NCBI GenBank assembly: GCA_963768055.1
Contig: CAVYGN010000001.1
Coordinates: 480,001 to 544,000, forward strand
Length of the DNA: 64,000 nt
From: an uncultured Spirochaetota bacterium
GTDB taxonomy: Bacteria > Spirochaetota > Brevinematia > Brevinematales > JAOACQ01
Direction: 5' to 3'
Below are positions 19,105-29,022 of this stretch, piece after piece. The stretch's first letter is position 1. The number at the start of each line of letters is the position of its first letter. A model generated the notes under the pieces. The model was not told where the DNA came from. It searched no databases and was given only the letters and a program-made list of their open reading frames with translations. The position numbers were made by a program, and so were the translations under genes.

Positions 19105-19850
19105 ACCTCTTCTTCAACACAATACTGCTTATCTGGACCTGCATTGCCGCTTTAATTTTTGTTGCGCTTTTTTTTGTGACGGCGCCTTACGGAAGGCACA
19201 AAAAGCAGGGATGGGGCATTATGTTAAGTTCCAGGCTGGCCTGGCTTATTATGGAAACGCCCTCTCCAGTAATAATGCTTATGCTGTTCCTGACTAGTGC
19301 ATGGAATATTACCGCCTTGATTTTTCTTTTGATGTGGGAAACGCATTATGTTCACAGGGCGTTTATTTTTCCGTTCCGGAGGCGCAGTTCGGTCGCAAAC
19401 TTCCCTTTATCGATCCTTGCATTCGGAATAATTTTTAATTTTGTGAATGCCTATTTCAACGGCGGATATCTATTTCATCTCGCCCCGGAATATTCTCCCG
19501 CCTGGCTTCTCGATCCCCGCTTTATAGCCGGCTTTATCATATTTGCGGCCGGCATGGCTGTGAATATTTCTTCCGATTCCATACTCATCGATTTAAAAAA
19601 ACAAAACGGCGACGTTTATAAAATCCCTCAAAAGGGTTTGTTCAAAATGGTGTCGTGCCCGAATTATCTGGGCGAGATAATAGAGTGGTCGGGGTGGGCG
19701 ATAGCGACATGGTCTCTGCCAGGCCTGGCTTTCGCCGTATGGACTGCGGCGAACCTGGTGCCCAGGGCAAGGGCTAACCATTTGTGGTATAAACAGGAAT
19801 TCAGGGAATATCCGGCAGGCAGGAAAGCGCTTATTCCTTTCCTGTTTTAA
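19101..19850 (+). CDS. 3-oxo-5-alpha-steroid 4-dehydrogenase (steroid 5-alpha-reductase-like)
   Basis: APYGRH, AWLIME, HYVHR, YKIPQKGLF..VSCPNYLGEIIEW, NLVPRA..NH.WY. Confidence 0.9.
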   Translation: MNLFFNTILLIWTCIAALIFVALFFVTAPYGRHKKQGWGIMLSSRLAWLIMETPSPVIMLMLFLTSAWNITALIFLLMWETHYVHRAFIFPFRRRSSVANFPLSILAFGIIFNFVNAYFNGGYLFHLAPEYSPAWLLDPRFIAGFIIFAAGMAVNISSDSILIDLKKQNGDVYKIPQKGLFKMVSCPNYLGEIIEWSGWAIATWSLPGLAFAVWTAANLVPRARANHLWYKQEFREYPAGRKALIPFLF

Positions 19851-19878
19851 AAAAACCGGCATAGGCCCTTGATTTTTC

Positions 19879-19907
19879 TTGAACTCTGAGTATTTTTATA
19901 ATATAAT
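19879..19907 (+). promoter_or_regulatory. putative sigma70-type promoter
   Basis: TTGAAC-17 nt-TATAAT upstream of the PilZ gene. Confidence 0.45.
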
Positions 19908-19936
19908 AACCAAGTCATGCAACAGCGAGGTTTATT

Positions 19937-20230
19937 ATGGCCAGCGATTATTTTGAAGCGCGAAAAGCTGAAAGAAGGCCGGTCTGCATAGACGCTAATT
20001 ACGAGCTGAAGGGAATAAAAGCGGCTTGCGAAATTTTAGATATTTCATCGACAGGACTAAAAATGAGGGTAAAGGGGCTTCTTTATAAGGACGACCAGGT
20101 TAATATTAAAATGGATAATCAGATCTTTCCATCGGTGGTGATGAATGTCGATGGAAATATTATAGGCGTCAAATTCTCTCAATTATCCGACACTCACCTT
20201 GACTATCTTCTGAAGCTGAAAGATTTTTGA
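19937..20230 (+). CDS. PilZ-domain protein
   Basis: RKAER (RxxxR) and DISSTG (DxSxxG) c-di-GMP motifs. Confidence 0.85.
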   Translation: MASDYFEARKAERRPVCIDANYELKGIKAACEILDISSTGLKMRVKGLLYKDDQVNIKMDNQIFPSVVMNVDGNIIGVKFSQLSDTHLDYLLKLKDF

Positions 20231-20389
20231 TAAAAGCGCATTTTTTAATCGGATCCCTCATAATACTTCCCATAAAATCTTCCAGGAGAAAATGTGGAAC
20301 ATATTTTATGGTGTTTAGGGCATGAATTAGTTCTCGACGATCATAACCATCCTGTTGTTAAATACCGGAAATGGAGGTAGATTGAAAGT

Positions 20390-21655
20390 ATGGAAAACAA
20401 ATATTCGATCGAGACAATCATGGTTCATGGGGATTATGACCCTTATGAAAACAATCATTCGAGAATGGTCCCTATATATCAGACATCCGCTTTTTGCTAT
20501 GATAATTCCGAACATGCGGCGGAATTATTTGCGCTGAATCAGTCCGGGTTTATATATTCAAGATTGAATAATCCTACAGTCGATGAAGCCGAAAAGAGGA
20601 TTGCGCTTCTGGAAGGCGGGATCGGCGCCGTTGCCTTCAGCTCCGGAATGGCCGCAATTTCCGGTTTAATATTTAATTTTTTAAAATCGGGTGATGAAAT
20701 TATTGCCGCCAATTGCCTGTACGGAGCTTCCATAGGATTATTGAAAGACACCCTGAATAATTTCGGTATTCTGATGAATTTTTTCGATCCCGGGACGCCC
20801 GAAGACCTGGAAAAAAAAATCACAGCAAAAACAAGGATGGTTTTTATTGAAAATCTGGCCAATCCGGTATTATCCGTCCCGGATTTCAAAATGCTCTCTC
20901 AAATTGCGGGGAAAAACAATATTCCCCTTATCGTCGATAATACAATAGCTACCCCGTATTTATGCAGGCCGATCGAATACGGGGCCGATCTGGTAATCCA
21001 TTCATGCACAAAATATATGGAAGGCCATGGCAGTATTATCGGGGGCATGGTTGTAGATTCGGGCAAATTCGAGTGGGACCGGGAAAGGTATCCTTTATTA
21101 TTCGATCCTGCGCCGGACGGACAATCCTTTGTGAAAAAATACGGAAAATCGGCTTTTCTCATGCGGCTCAGGGGAAAGGTTTTGATGAATTTAGGCGGCT
21201 GCATGGCGCCTTTTAACGCATTTCTATTGATTCATGGCTTAGAATCCCTTCATGTCAGAATGGAAAGGCATTGCTCTAACGCTTACCATTTAGCGCAGTA
21301 TTTAAATAAGAATAAATCCGTTTCCTGGGTTTGTTATCCGGGGCTGGAGAGCCATTCTTCCCACAGGAATGCTAAAAAATACCTGAAAAACGGCTTCGGG
21401 GCTATGATCGGTTTCGGGTTAAAGGGCGGGTACGACGCATGCAGGAAGTTCATCGATAATATCAAACTTATATCGCATTCTACAAATATCGGCGATACCA
21501 AGACCCTGATAATCCATCCTGCAAGTTCAACCCACCGGGGCCTTTCGCCTGAAGACAGGAAATCCGCCGGAATATCGGACGATTTTATCAGAATTTCTGT
21601 CGGAATTGAAAATGTGAACGATTTGATAAATGCGATTGAAAATGCTCTGCCCTGA
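20390..21655 (+). CDS. metY: O-acetylhomoserine aminocarboxypropyltransferase/sulfhydrylase
   Basis: PIYQTS, YSRLNNPT, SSGMAA, VDNT, HSCTKY (PLP Lys), NIGDTKTLIIHPASSTH. Confidence 0.85.
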   Translation: MENKYSIETIMVHGDYDPYENNHSRMVPIYQTSAFCYDNSEHAAELFALNQSGFIYSRLNNPTVDEAEKRIALLEGGIGAVAFSSGMAAISGLIFNFLKSGDEIIAANCLYGASIGLLKDTLNNFGILMNFFDPGTPEDLEKKITAKTRMVFIENLANPVLSVPDFKMLSQIAGKNNIPLIVDNTIATPYLCRPIEYGADLVIHSCTKYMEGHGSIIGGMVVDSGKFEWDRERYPLLFDPAPDGQSFVKKYGKSAFLMRLRGKVLMNLGGCMAPFNAFLLIHGLESLHVRMERHCSNAYHLAQYLNKNKSVSWVCYPGLESHSSHRNAKKYLKNGFGAMIGFGLKGGYDACRKFIDNIKLISHSTNIGDTKTLIIHPASSTHRGLSPEDRKSAGISDDFIRISVGIENVNDLINAIENALP

Positions 21656-21842
21656 AGCCTGACGGGAGAACGTCCCTTCGGTCCCTGCTTGCTGCTTGCC
21701 GGCAGGCCCCCCAGGTATGCCGACGGACAGGCCGCTGTCGATAACGGACAGCCAGGCTGGCTTTCGATCTTGCAGGATCAACCGGCGACATATGGGTAGC
21801 CGATGTGGTAGAGGATTTATCCGATTAACGACTATTTTCCGA

Positions 21843-23543
21843 TCACGATTTTCCCGATTCATATTCCCTTTCGAGGTCCCTGAATGAAACCTTGCCGATC
21901 ATTGTCTGCGGGAGGGACGTCCTGAACTCGATCCCGGCGGGGACGCTCCATTTATTGAGATTCTTCCTGCAGTACTCGATAATTTCCTCTTCCTTGCCCT
22001 TTGAAGCCTTTGACGGGTCCCTTAAAACGACATATGCCTTAAGGACCTGCATTTTATATTCATCGGGAATTCCTATGACGCAGGACAACGATATATCGGG
22101 GTGGCTGTCGAGGACTTCTTCGACCTGTACCGGGGAGACGCTTATCCCGGAAACCTTTACAATCCTTTTCATTCTCAGCTTGAAATAAACATAACCGTCG
22201 CCGTCCATCGAACATAAGTCCCCGGTATGAAGCCAGAGCCTGCCGTCGTCATGTTTTTTAAGAGTCAGGGCCGTATCGTCCGCGCTGTTCAGGTAGCCGA
22301 GCATAACGGTCGGGCCGCTGATGCACAATTCCCCATCGGTACCTGTTTCGGCTTCGATGCAGGTTCCCGGTACCGTGATTTTTGCGAGCATGTCGGGCAG
22401 CGGGATCCCCATGCTTCCCGCCCTGTATCTTTTACTTGGGGTTACGATGCAGGCTGTCACTGATTCAGTAAGCCCGTAACCCTCCAGCAATTCGGCTTTC
22501 CCCCCCTGTTTTTTTATCAAAGCGTCGAACCTTTCCTTGATGCTTGAGGGCAGCTTGTCTCCGCCCGCGTAAGCGGTTTTCAGGCATTCAAGGCTAATGC
22601 GGTTCATGATTTTATTGCGCAGCAGGGCTTCGAAAAGGGTAGGCACTCCGGCTATATATTGAGGTTTGTTCTTTTTTATGAGCACGGCGACGGATTCCGG
22701 AGTAAAACGGGGGATAAGTACGCACCTGCCGCCGCCTATTAAAAAGGTATGGATGCAAACGCCCAGGCCGAAACCGTGGAACATAGGGAGAATCGACAGG
22801 ATAGTGTCTCCGGGAAGTATAGGCCCCTGTGTCGCCGTCTGCAGGCCAAGGGCGTTAAAATTCCGATTTGACAGCATTATGCCCTTAGGAACTCCGGTAG
22901 TGCCGCCGCTGTAAAGTATCACTGCGCATTCATCCGGACCGGGCGTCTGTCCGTTTTTACCCCTTAAGCCCGTATTTTTCAGGAACACTCTCCAGCTGAG
23001 AATGCGGCTGTCATCTTTAGGCGGTTTCCTGATTTTACGGCCGCTGACAAAGTAAAACGCTAAACCTTTCAAAGGGTCCAGATAATCCGTTATCTTTGCG
23101 ATGATGATTTTTTTTACTTCCGTCTTATCGATAACCTGTTCAAATTTGTGATAAAACGCATCGAGGACGGCGGCCCATACACTGCTGCTGTTCTTCAAAT
23201 AAAACTCTATTTCAGCCGGTGTGCTGAGGGGATGGATCATGCTGGCGACCGCACCTATTTTATTCAGAGCGTAAAAAAGGATGAGGGCTTGAGGGCAGTT
23301 AGGCAGGCACAAAGTCACGACGTCACCCCTGCAAAGACCCCGGCTGATTAAAGCGCCGGCTGCGGTATCGATATCCGCTAAAAGTTCCCTGTATGAAGAC
23401 CTTCTTCCCATGAATTCATACGCAATTTTACCGCCGAAATTGTTTGCGGCGTCGCTGACCATTTGATACATGTTTTTATCAGGATAGTTTATGGAATGGG
23501 GAATATCACCGTAGAATTTTAGCCAGGGTTTTTTTTCATACAT
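21843..23543 (-). CDS. long-chain fatty acid-CoA ligase
   Basis: YSGGTTGVPKG, EGYGLTE, WLHTGD, LPQTMIGKV. Confidence 0.92.
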   Translation of the reverse strand: MYEKKPWLKFYGDIPHSINYPDKNMYQMVSDAANNFGGKIAYEFMGRRSSYRELLADIDTAAGALISRGLCRGDVVTLCLPNCPQALILFYALNKIGAVASMIHPLSTPAEIEFYLKNSSSVWAAVLDAFYHKFEQVIDKTEVKKIIIAKITDYLDPLKGLAFYFVSGRKIRKPPKDDSRILSWRVFLKNTGLRGKNGQTPGPDECAVILYSGGTTGVPKGIMLSNRNFNALGLQTATQGPILPGDTILSILPMFHGFGLGVCIHTFLIGGGRCVLIPRFTPESVAVLIKKNKPQYIAGVPTLFEALLRNKIMNRISLECLKTAYAGGDKLPSSIKERFDALIKKQGGKAELLEGYGLTESVTACIVTPSKRYRAGSMGIPLPDMLAKITVPGTCIEAETGTDGELCISGPTVMLGYLNSADDTALTLKKHDDGRLWLHTGDLCSMDGDGYVYFKLRMKRIVKVSGISVSPVQVEEVLDSHPDISLSCVIGIPDEYKMQVLKAYVVLRDPSKASKGKEEEIIEYCRKNLNKWSVPAGIEFRTSLPQTMIGKVSFRDLEREYESGKS

Positions 23544-23564
23544 GGCGCTGCTCCTGGATGAATT

Positions 23565-24446
23565 TTACCGGGAGCTTTTAAATGATAAAATCTCCTCGGC
23601 GGATATTTCGGTTTTTTCCAGCAATTCGGGATTTTCGATCAAATTCCGGAAAAGAACAAGAGATCTGGCGTTATAAAAACCTTCGGTTATTCTTTCATCA
23701 AAAGTAAAGGAAACGTCTATGCATTCCAGGGCGGCAATACGGTCATTTTCATCGACCACAGCTTCTTTATGAAGTTTACCTATTACCATGAAGATGCTCG
23801 CGCTTCCATATTCGAAAAGATGATGAAAAGGCGCTTCAAGCCCTATGCTGCCTAAGTTTGCAAGATAGACTGTCGTGTAAAGAGGTATGGCGTTCATAAG
23901 AAAACCCGGCAGGATGTTATGATAATCGAGAAAGCGGATCAGCCAGGCTATGAAATTTATCACCGGCCTCGGTAATGAAGCCACGATATCGACAAGCTTA
24001 TCGTCGTCGCCCTTCGAATCGCTCCTGGCGATGTTTAAATGCCGGTTGACAAGCTCCCTGGCTTCCGCAAGAGTTTCCTTGCCCGTGAATACGATCCTCG
24101 AGTTTGTCTCGGCCGATTCCTCGGTAAAATCTTTTTTCACTATAAACGTTATGCTGATATCCGTATGTTCGTAAATTCTGCGGCCGGCCACAAAACGGTT
24201 AAGCTCCGGCCTTAGCTTGATAGTCCGAGTAATGGCGGCCAGGAAGACATGGAAAATTGTGATCCTGTCTTCACGGTTTTTGCCCTTGTTAATCTTCTCA
24301 AGATGTGCAAGCATCCTGTCCGCATAAATTTTCTGATTGAAATAAATCACAGATTCCATGCGTGTTTTCATAAGGTAGGGGAATATTCTCCGGAACGAAG
24401 GGAGTTTTTTCAGGTAAATGCCGTCTTTCCTTCCTGTAAAAGCCAT
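23565..24446 (-). CDS. stand-alone 2-oxoacid dehydrogenase E2 catalytic-domain-like protein
   Basis: RPELNRFV, ANLGSIG, TFDERITEG; no lipoyl domain. Confidence 0.75.
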   Translation of the reverse strand: MAFTGRKDGIYLKKLPSFRRIFPYLMKTRMESVIYFNQKIYADRMLAHLEKINKGKNREDRITIFHVFLAAITRTIKLRPELNRFVAGRRIYEHTDISITFIVKKDFTEESAETNSRIVFTGKETLAEARELVNRHLNIARSDSKGDDDKLVDIVASLPRPVINFIAWLIRFLDYHNILPGFLMNAIPLYTTVYLANLGSIGLEAPFHHLFEYGSASIFMVIGKLHKEAVVDENDRIAALECIDVSFTFDERITEGFYNARSLVLFRNLIENPELLEKTEISAEEILSFKSSR

Positions 24447-24541
24447 AAAAAACCCTCTCTATAACCCCGGATATTAATTATAATTCTATTATTGCTTAAT
24501 TGCAACAGGAAAATTCTGACAGAGAAAGAAATCAGATCATT

Positions 24542-25264
24542 TTACCATGGAACTTTTCCGGTATCATCGAAAAATCCGCCTGTCGGACCATTTTCATCTA
24601 AAGTAGCTAATCTGAGAATAACCGCGGCCGCCTGCTGAACAGTCCGGGTGCCTCTGAAGGCGTTTAAATCCGTAGCGGTATAACCCGGAGCCGCCGCATT
24701 GAACTTGAGGGGGGTGTTTTTAAATTCCCTTGCAAATTGCACTGTCAAAGCGTTGACGGCTGTTTTAGAACTGTTATAAGCAAGGGCAAGTAAACTTGAG
24801 GATTCCGGCCTGCTGTTCAATTCGAGCGAACCAAGGCTGCTGGAGATATTCACAATCCTTCCTGCCGGCGATTTTTTCAGCAGCGGAATCATTGCCCTGG
24901 TTACTGCAAACAAGCCGAAAAAGTTGGTTTCAAAAGTTTCTTTTAAAACAGCCGGTTCCAGCCGGCTCGGCAAAGCGCCCTTTTCCAGGGAAATGCCCGC
25001 ATTATTAATAAGCACGTCAAGCGATCCGTATTCTTTTTCAATAAGTCCCTTTGCGGCGTCAATGGTATCCTGCTTCGTAACATCAAGTAATATAAAGCGT
25101 GCGGCAATGCCTTCAATTTTTAAAACCGATTCCGCTTTCCTGCCCCTCTGGTCATTCCTTGAGCCAAGAAGCACTTCAAAACCCCTCTGGCCCAGCTGCC
25201 TTGCCGTTTCAAAGCCGATCCCCTTATTAGCCCCCGTTATCAGGACGGTCTTTGCTTTATTCAT
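24542..25264 (-). CDS. SDR oxidoreductase (carbonyl reductase-like)
   Basis: TGANKGIG, NNAG, YNSSK, PGYTATD. Confidence 0.92.
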   Translation of the reverse strand: MNKAKTVLITGANKGIGFETARQLGQRGFEVLLGSRNDQRGRKAESVLKIEGIAARFILLDVTKQDTIDAAKGLIEKEYGSLDVLINNAGISLEKGALPSRLEPAVLKETFETNFFGLFAVTRAMIPLLKKSPAGRIVNISSSLGSLELNSRPESSSLLALAYNSSKTAVNALTVQFAREFKNTPLKFNAAAPGYTATDLNAFRGTRTVQQAAAVILRLATLDENGPTGGFFDDTGKVPW

Positions 25265-25315
25265 AATAATTACCTCAATATTTAATCTGTACTATGTTCG
25301 AAAAATAAAGATTTA

Positions 25316-25540
25316 TCAGGCCGCCTTCTTATCAGTATTCTTGAAGAACAGGGGCTTCAGAATAGCTCGAACCTTTTGATGTAATTCAATCTTCTCCATG
25401 AGTTCATCAAGTATCTCAATTTTGAAAAGGAGAAGTAATAATTCTTTTGTCCTCTGCTTATCTTTAGAAATGAGGCAGGCATGCTTTGTCATCATTTTCC
25501 TTGTTTTGATCAATTGGTTTAATCTCGCATTATCCGGCAT
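25316..25540 (-). CDS. hypothetical protein
   Basis: 74 aa ORF preceded by GGAGG, no overlap with longer genes. Confidence 0.5.
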   Translation of the reverse strand: MPDNARLNQLIKTRKMMTKHACLISKDKQRTKELLLLLFKIEILDELMEKIELHQKVRAILKPLFFKNTDKKAA

Positions 25541-25691
25541 AAATAACCTCCCGCTTATTATTTTTTAAAGTTAAACAATATTGCATCTAAAGTCAAAACT
25601 TCTCCTTGCCGGCTATGAATATTCTGAAAGCCGGGCCTCATAACGGAATTTTGATAAAAACGCCTGTCAGGGTTAGAATAATAGAGGAGTA

Positions 25692-26078
25692 TTGGTGCTG
25701 CTTTTCCTTAGGGAGGATATTTTGCTGGAATCGAGACTTACCCGGGTTCAGGTCAATATTAAGGCAAATTATGAGTTGAAAGGAAATCAGGGAGAATGCA
25801 ATATTATTGATATATCGTCAGGCGGTGTCGGTATATCGGCCAGGCAGACTTTTGTTCCCGGCGATTTGATACATGTCATTTTCCGGATTCCATCAGGCAA
25901 AAAAGAGGAAATTGATTTTTGGGGCATCGTTAAAAATGTTAAAAACAATATCATTGGTTTGAAATATGAAGAAATTTCCCATGAGGATGTTGAAAGGATT
26001 GACAATTATATGGCAATTTTGCTTGGACAGGGGGGTAAAAGGTCAAACGAATATTTTGATACCATCCTGGACAAGTAA
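25692..26078 (+). CDS. PilZ-domain protein (start uncertain)
   Basis: RLTRV and DISSGG; resembles the PilZ at 19937 (ANYELKG shared). Confidence 0.8.
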   Translation: MVLLFLREDILLESRLTRVQVNIKANYELKGNQGECNIIDISSGGVGISARQTFVPGDLIHVIFRIPSGKKEEIDFWGIVKNVKNNIIGLKYEEISHEDVERIDNYMAILLGQGGKRSNEYFDTILDK

Positions 26079-26096
26079 ACCGAATAGATAACAGCG

Positions 26097-26471
26097 ATGG
26101 AGAGGGATATTATGATTAATTATTCCAGAAAGGGCCTGGCAAGGGAATTGGGCGTCGGGATTGAGACATTAAGATACTATGAAAAGATGGAATTAATTAA
26201 GCCTCCTGTGAGAACGGGCAATGGCTACAGGGTTTATACCGAAGAAGACGCTTTTAAAGTCAAGCATATTTTAGGAGCAAAAAAATTCGGATTTTCTTTA
26301 AAAGAAATCAAGGCTGTGATAGATAAATCGGAAAAAACGGAAATTAATGACGGGGAAATCGAGTTTTTATTGAGAAATAAAATTAAAGATATTGATAATC
26401 AAATCGATGATTTAAAAAAACTTAAGGATCTTATCCTGGAATATATCGATCCAGCACGGACTGATCGATGA
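26097..26471 (+). CDS. MerR-family transcriptional regulator
   Basis: LARELGVGIETLRYYEK, RTGNGYRVY, GFSLKEI. Confidence 0.9.
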   Translation: MERDIMINYSRKGLARELGVGIETLRYYEKMELIKPPVRTGNGYRVYTEEDAFKVKHILGAKKFGFSLKEIKAVIDKSEKTEINDGEIEFLLRNKIKDIDNQIDDLKKLKDLILEYIDPARTDR

Positions 26472-26520
26472 ATACCGTCTGTATATACACCCGGCCGTTC
26501 TCGGAGGAGGAAAGCCGATG
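26449..26520 (+). pseudogene. remnant of a RibD C-terminal/dihydrofolate-reductase-family gene
   Basis: Manual translation IQHGLIDEYRLYIHPAVLGGGKPM matches the GLIDEY...P..LG.G.P signature; no start, stop follows shortly. Confidence 0.7.
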
Positions 26521-26548
26521 GGGATAAACTGTTGAATAACGAGGATAT

Positions 26549-27124
26549 GTGAATTTAATAAACAGAATATGTGTAAATTGCGGTTCAAACTTCGGCTCGA
26601 AAGAATTATACAAAACGGAAGCCGGGAAACTTGGAAAATATCTTGCGAAAAATAAAATCGGTCTGGTTTACGGCGGAGCCGATGCCGGCCTGATGGGCGA
26701 GATGGCAAATGCGGCCCTTTCGGAAAACGGCGAAGTTATCGGGGTTATTCCTGAATCGATATCTGAAAAAGTCGGCCATAAAGGCTTGTCAAAATTATAT
26801 ATCGTAAGTACCATGCATGAAAGAAAAAAACTGATGTTTGATCTATCGGACGGTTTTATTGCATTTCCGGGCGGAATTGGAACACTGGAAGAGATTTTTG
26901 AATTATTGACCTGGGCGCAATTAGGATTTCATAATAAACCATGCGGTTTTCTGAATCCCGGAAATTATTATGATAAATTGTTTGAATTCCTAGACAAAGC
27001 GGAAGAAGACCAATTTATAAAAAAACAGCACAGAGAAATGATAATGAAAGAAAAGGATATTGAAACTTTGATTGAATTATTTAAAAATTATAAAGCGCCG
27101 GCCATTGAAAAATGGATAAAATGA
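26549..27124 (+). CDS. LOG family (TIGR00730-like) nucleotide phosphoribohydrolase
   Basis: LVYGG, GLMG, MHERK, PGGIGTLEE, KPCG. Confidence 0.92.
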   Translation: MNLINRICVNCGSNFGSKELYKTEAGKLGKYLAKNKIGLVYGGADAGLMGEMANAALSENGEVIGVIPESISEKVGHKGLSKLYIVSTMHERKKLMFDLSDGFIAFPGGIGTLEEIFELLTWAQLGFHNKPCGFLNPGNYYDKLFEFLDKAEEDQFIKKQHREMIMKEKDIETLIELFKNYKAPAIEKWIK

Positions 27125-27160
27125 AACCCCTGCGTTATTTTTATCGCGGAGGAAAAATTT

Positions 27161-27406
27161 ATGAAAATCGGGAAAAGATTGGAAACCTGGGTGATAATTA
27201 TAAGCCTTATAATTATCACATTGGTATCCTTCCATTCAGTATGGGAGATCCATTATTTGAAAACATTTTATCCGAAAAGCTTTACCGTAGCCGAATCTTT
27301 CTATGCGTCCATTGTTGAGCTGATCAAAGTCGCCCTGATCTCCCTTCCTCTTGTATTGATCTCTCTCGTCTGCATTTATTTTGCAGGAAGACAGGATAAA
27401 AAATAG
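27161..27406 (+). CDS. small membrane protein with two hydrophobic segments
   Basis: GGAGG RBS, two TM-like stretches. Confidence 0.55.
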   Translation: MKIGKRLETWVIIISLIIITLVSFHSVWEIHYLKTFYPKSFTVAESFYASIVELIKVALISLPLVLISLVCIYFAGRQDKK

Positions 27407-27566
27407 CCGAGGATTTTTCAATGAAAGATAAAATTTCTTCAACAATCTCCTGTATATATGGATTTTGAAACCGAGGGCAACGTTGAAGTATTTGACGCAA
27501 ACGACAATATGACTCTACAGGCCGAGTTTGAATGGTTCGTTCAGAAATTAAAAGGTGGAAACTAAA

Positions 27567-28166
27567 ATGAGAGAAATAGTTACAATATTATTCAATAACT
27601 TTGAAACCCTGGATGTTTTTGGACCAATAGAGGTATTTGGAAGATTAAAGGATAAATTTAATCCGCAATTCTATTCCCTGAATGGCGGGATTATTGTGAG
27701 CAGTCAAAAGGTTCCAACAATGACCAAACCGATAGCGGAAATAAATTCGAATAATTACATATTGTTTATTCCCGGTGGAATCGGAACAAGGGAATTGTTT
27801 AAGGATGAGGTATTTATTGATAAGCTTAAGTCATTATCGAAAAATGCTGAGTTTATATTTGCCGTCTGTACAGGGGCAATTCTATTCTCAAAAACGGGTT
27901 TATTAAATGGCAAAAGAGCGACTTCAAACAAACGGTTTTTTGAAATAACAAATGAATCTCCCGATGTCGTTTGGATAAAAAAAGCTCGATGGATTAAAGA
28001 TGGGAATATTTACACCAGCTCAGGCATTAGCGCCGGAATTGATATGACATTAGGATTTATTTCCGATTTATTGGGATATCCTATAGCAAAACAGCAGAGC
28101 AATGAAATGGAATATAATTGGAATGAAGACCCTGAACATGACCCATTTTCCGAATTATATAAATAA
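27567..28166 (+). CDS. DJ-1/PfpI family protein
   Basis: FETLDVFGP, IPGGIG, AVCTGA, TSSGISAGID. Confidence 0.9.
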   Translation: MREIVTILFNNFETLDVFGPIEVFGRLKDKFNPQFYSLNGGIIVSSQKVPTMTKPIAEINSNNYILFIPGGIGTRELFKDEVFIDKLKSLSKNAEFIFAVCTGAILFSKTGLLNGKRATSNKRFFEITNESPDVVWIKKARWIKDGNIYTSSGISAGIDMTLGFISDLLGYPIAKQQSNEMEYNWNEDPEHDPFSELYK

Positions 28167-28183
28167 ATATGGAGGCTGCTTGA

Positions 28184-29011
28184 ATGAAAGATAAAATTAT
28201 CGTAATAACCGGCGCAAGTGACGGCATAGGAGAAGCGGCAGCAAGGCTTCTGAAAGCTCTAGGTGCAAATGTCATTATAGTCGGAAGATCCACGGTTAAG
28301 ACTAAAAAAGTCGCCGATGATCTTAAATCTCCCTATTATATTGCAGATTTTACAAAGTTGGACGATGTAAGAAAATTAGCCGGACAATTAAAAAAGGATT
28401 TTCCAAGAATTGATGTTCTGGCTAATAATGCAGGCGGAATAATGAGCAGCAAACGAATCCTGACGGTCGACGGTTACGAAATGACGATCCAGGTCAATCA
28501 TCTTGCACCGTTCCTTTTGACAAATCTATTGCTCGATACGCTGATCGCTTCAAAAGCAGCCGTTATCGCGACATCAAGTCTCGGCCATTATACGGCAGGG
28601 AAACTTGATCTGGGAGATATCAATCTTGAACATAATTATTCACAGCAAAGCGCCTATGGTAAAGGCAAGCTTATGAATATTCTGTTCACACGGGAGCTGC
28701 ACAGGCGGTACAATCTCCAGGGTATTTCGGCGGCCTCCTTCCACCCCGGGGCTGTCAGAACCAGTTTTTCCGCCGAATTCGGCGGGATCTGGAAATTTGT
28801 ATATTCTTCATTTATAAATCGTTTGCTGCTTTCCCCGGCACAGGGAGCCGATACCCTGGTTTGGCTGGCTACCTCTGAACCGGGTAAAGACTGGCGATCC
28901 GGGGAATATTTCGAAAAAAGGAAAATTATCAAATCCAGCAAACAAGCCCGGGATTCAAAGCTTGCATTTGACCTCTGGGAACTTTCATCTAAACTGACTA
29001 ATATTAAATAA
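28184..29011 (+). CDS. SDR oxidoreductase (retinol dehydrogenase-like)
   Basis: TGASDGIG, NNAG, VNHLAPFLLT, YGKGK, HPGAV. Confidence 0.92.
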   Translation: MKDKIIVITGASDGIGEAAARLLKALGANVIIVGRSTVKTKKVADDLKSPYYIADFTKLDDVRKLAGQLKKDFPRIDVLANNAGGIMSSKRILTVDGYEMTIQVNHLAPFLLTNLLLDTLIASKAAVIATSSLGHYTAGKLDLGDINLEHNYSQQSAYGKGKLMNILFTRELHRRYNLQGISAASFHPGAVRTSFSAEFGGIWKFVYSSFINRLLLSPAQGADTLVWLATSEPGKDWRSGEYFEKRKIIKSSKQARDSKLAFDLWELSSKLTNIK

Positions 29012-29022
29012 GGGAGGGAATT

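Noticed and set aside
20231..20389. SAM riboswitch upstream of metY
   Set aside because: No SAM-I core (AUC...GAGGGA...GCAACC...GUGC) recognisable; only an unrelated inverted repeat
21527..21887. Short ORFs 21527..21862(-), 21588..21791(-) and 21696..21887(+)
   Set aside because: They overlap metY or the acyl-CoA ligase, have no motifs, and are explained by GC-rich stop-poor DNA
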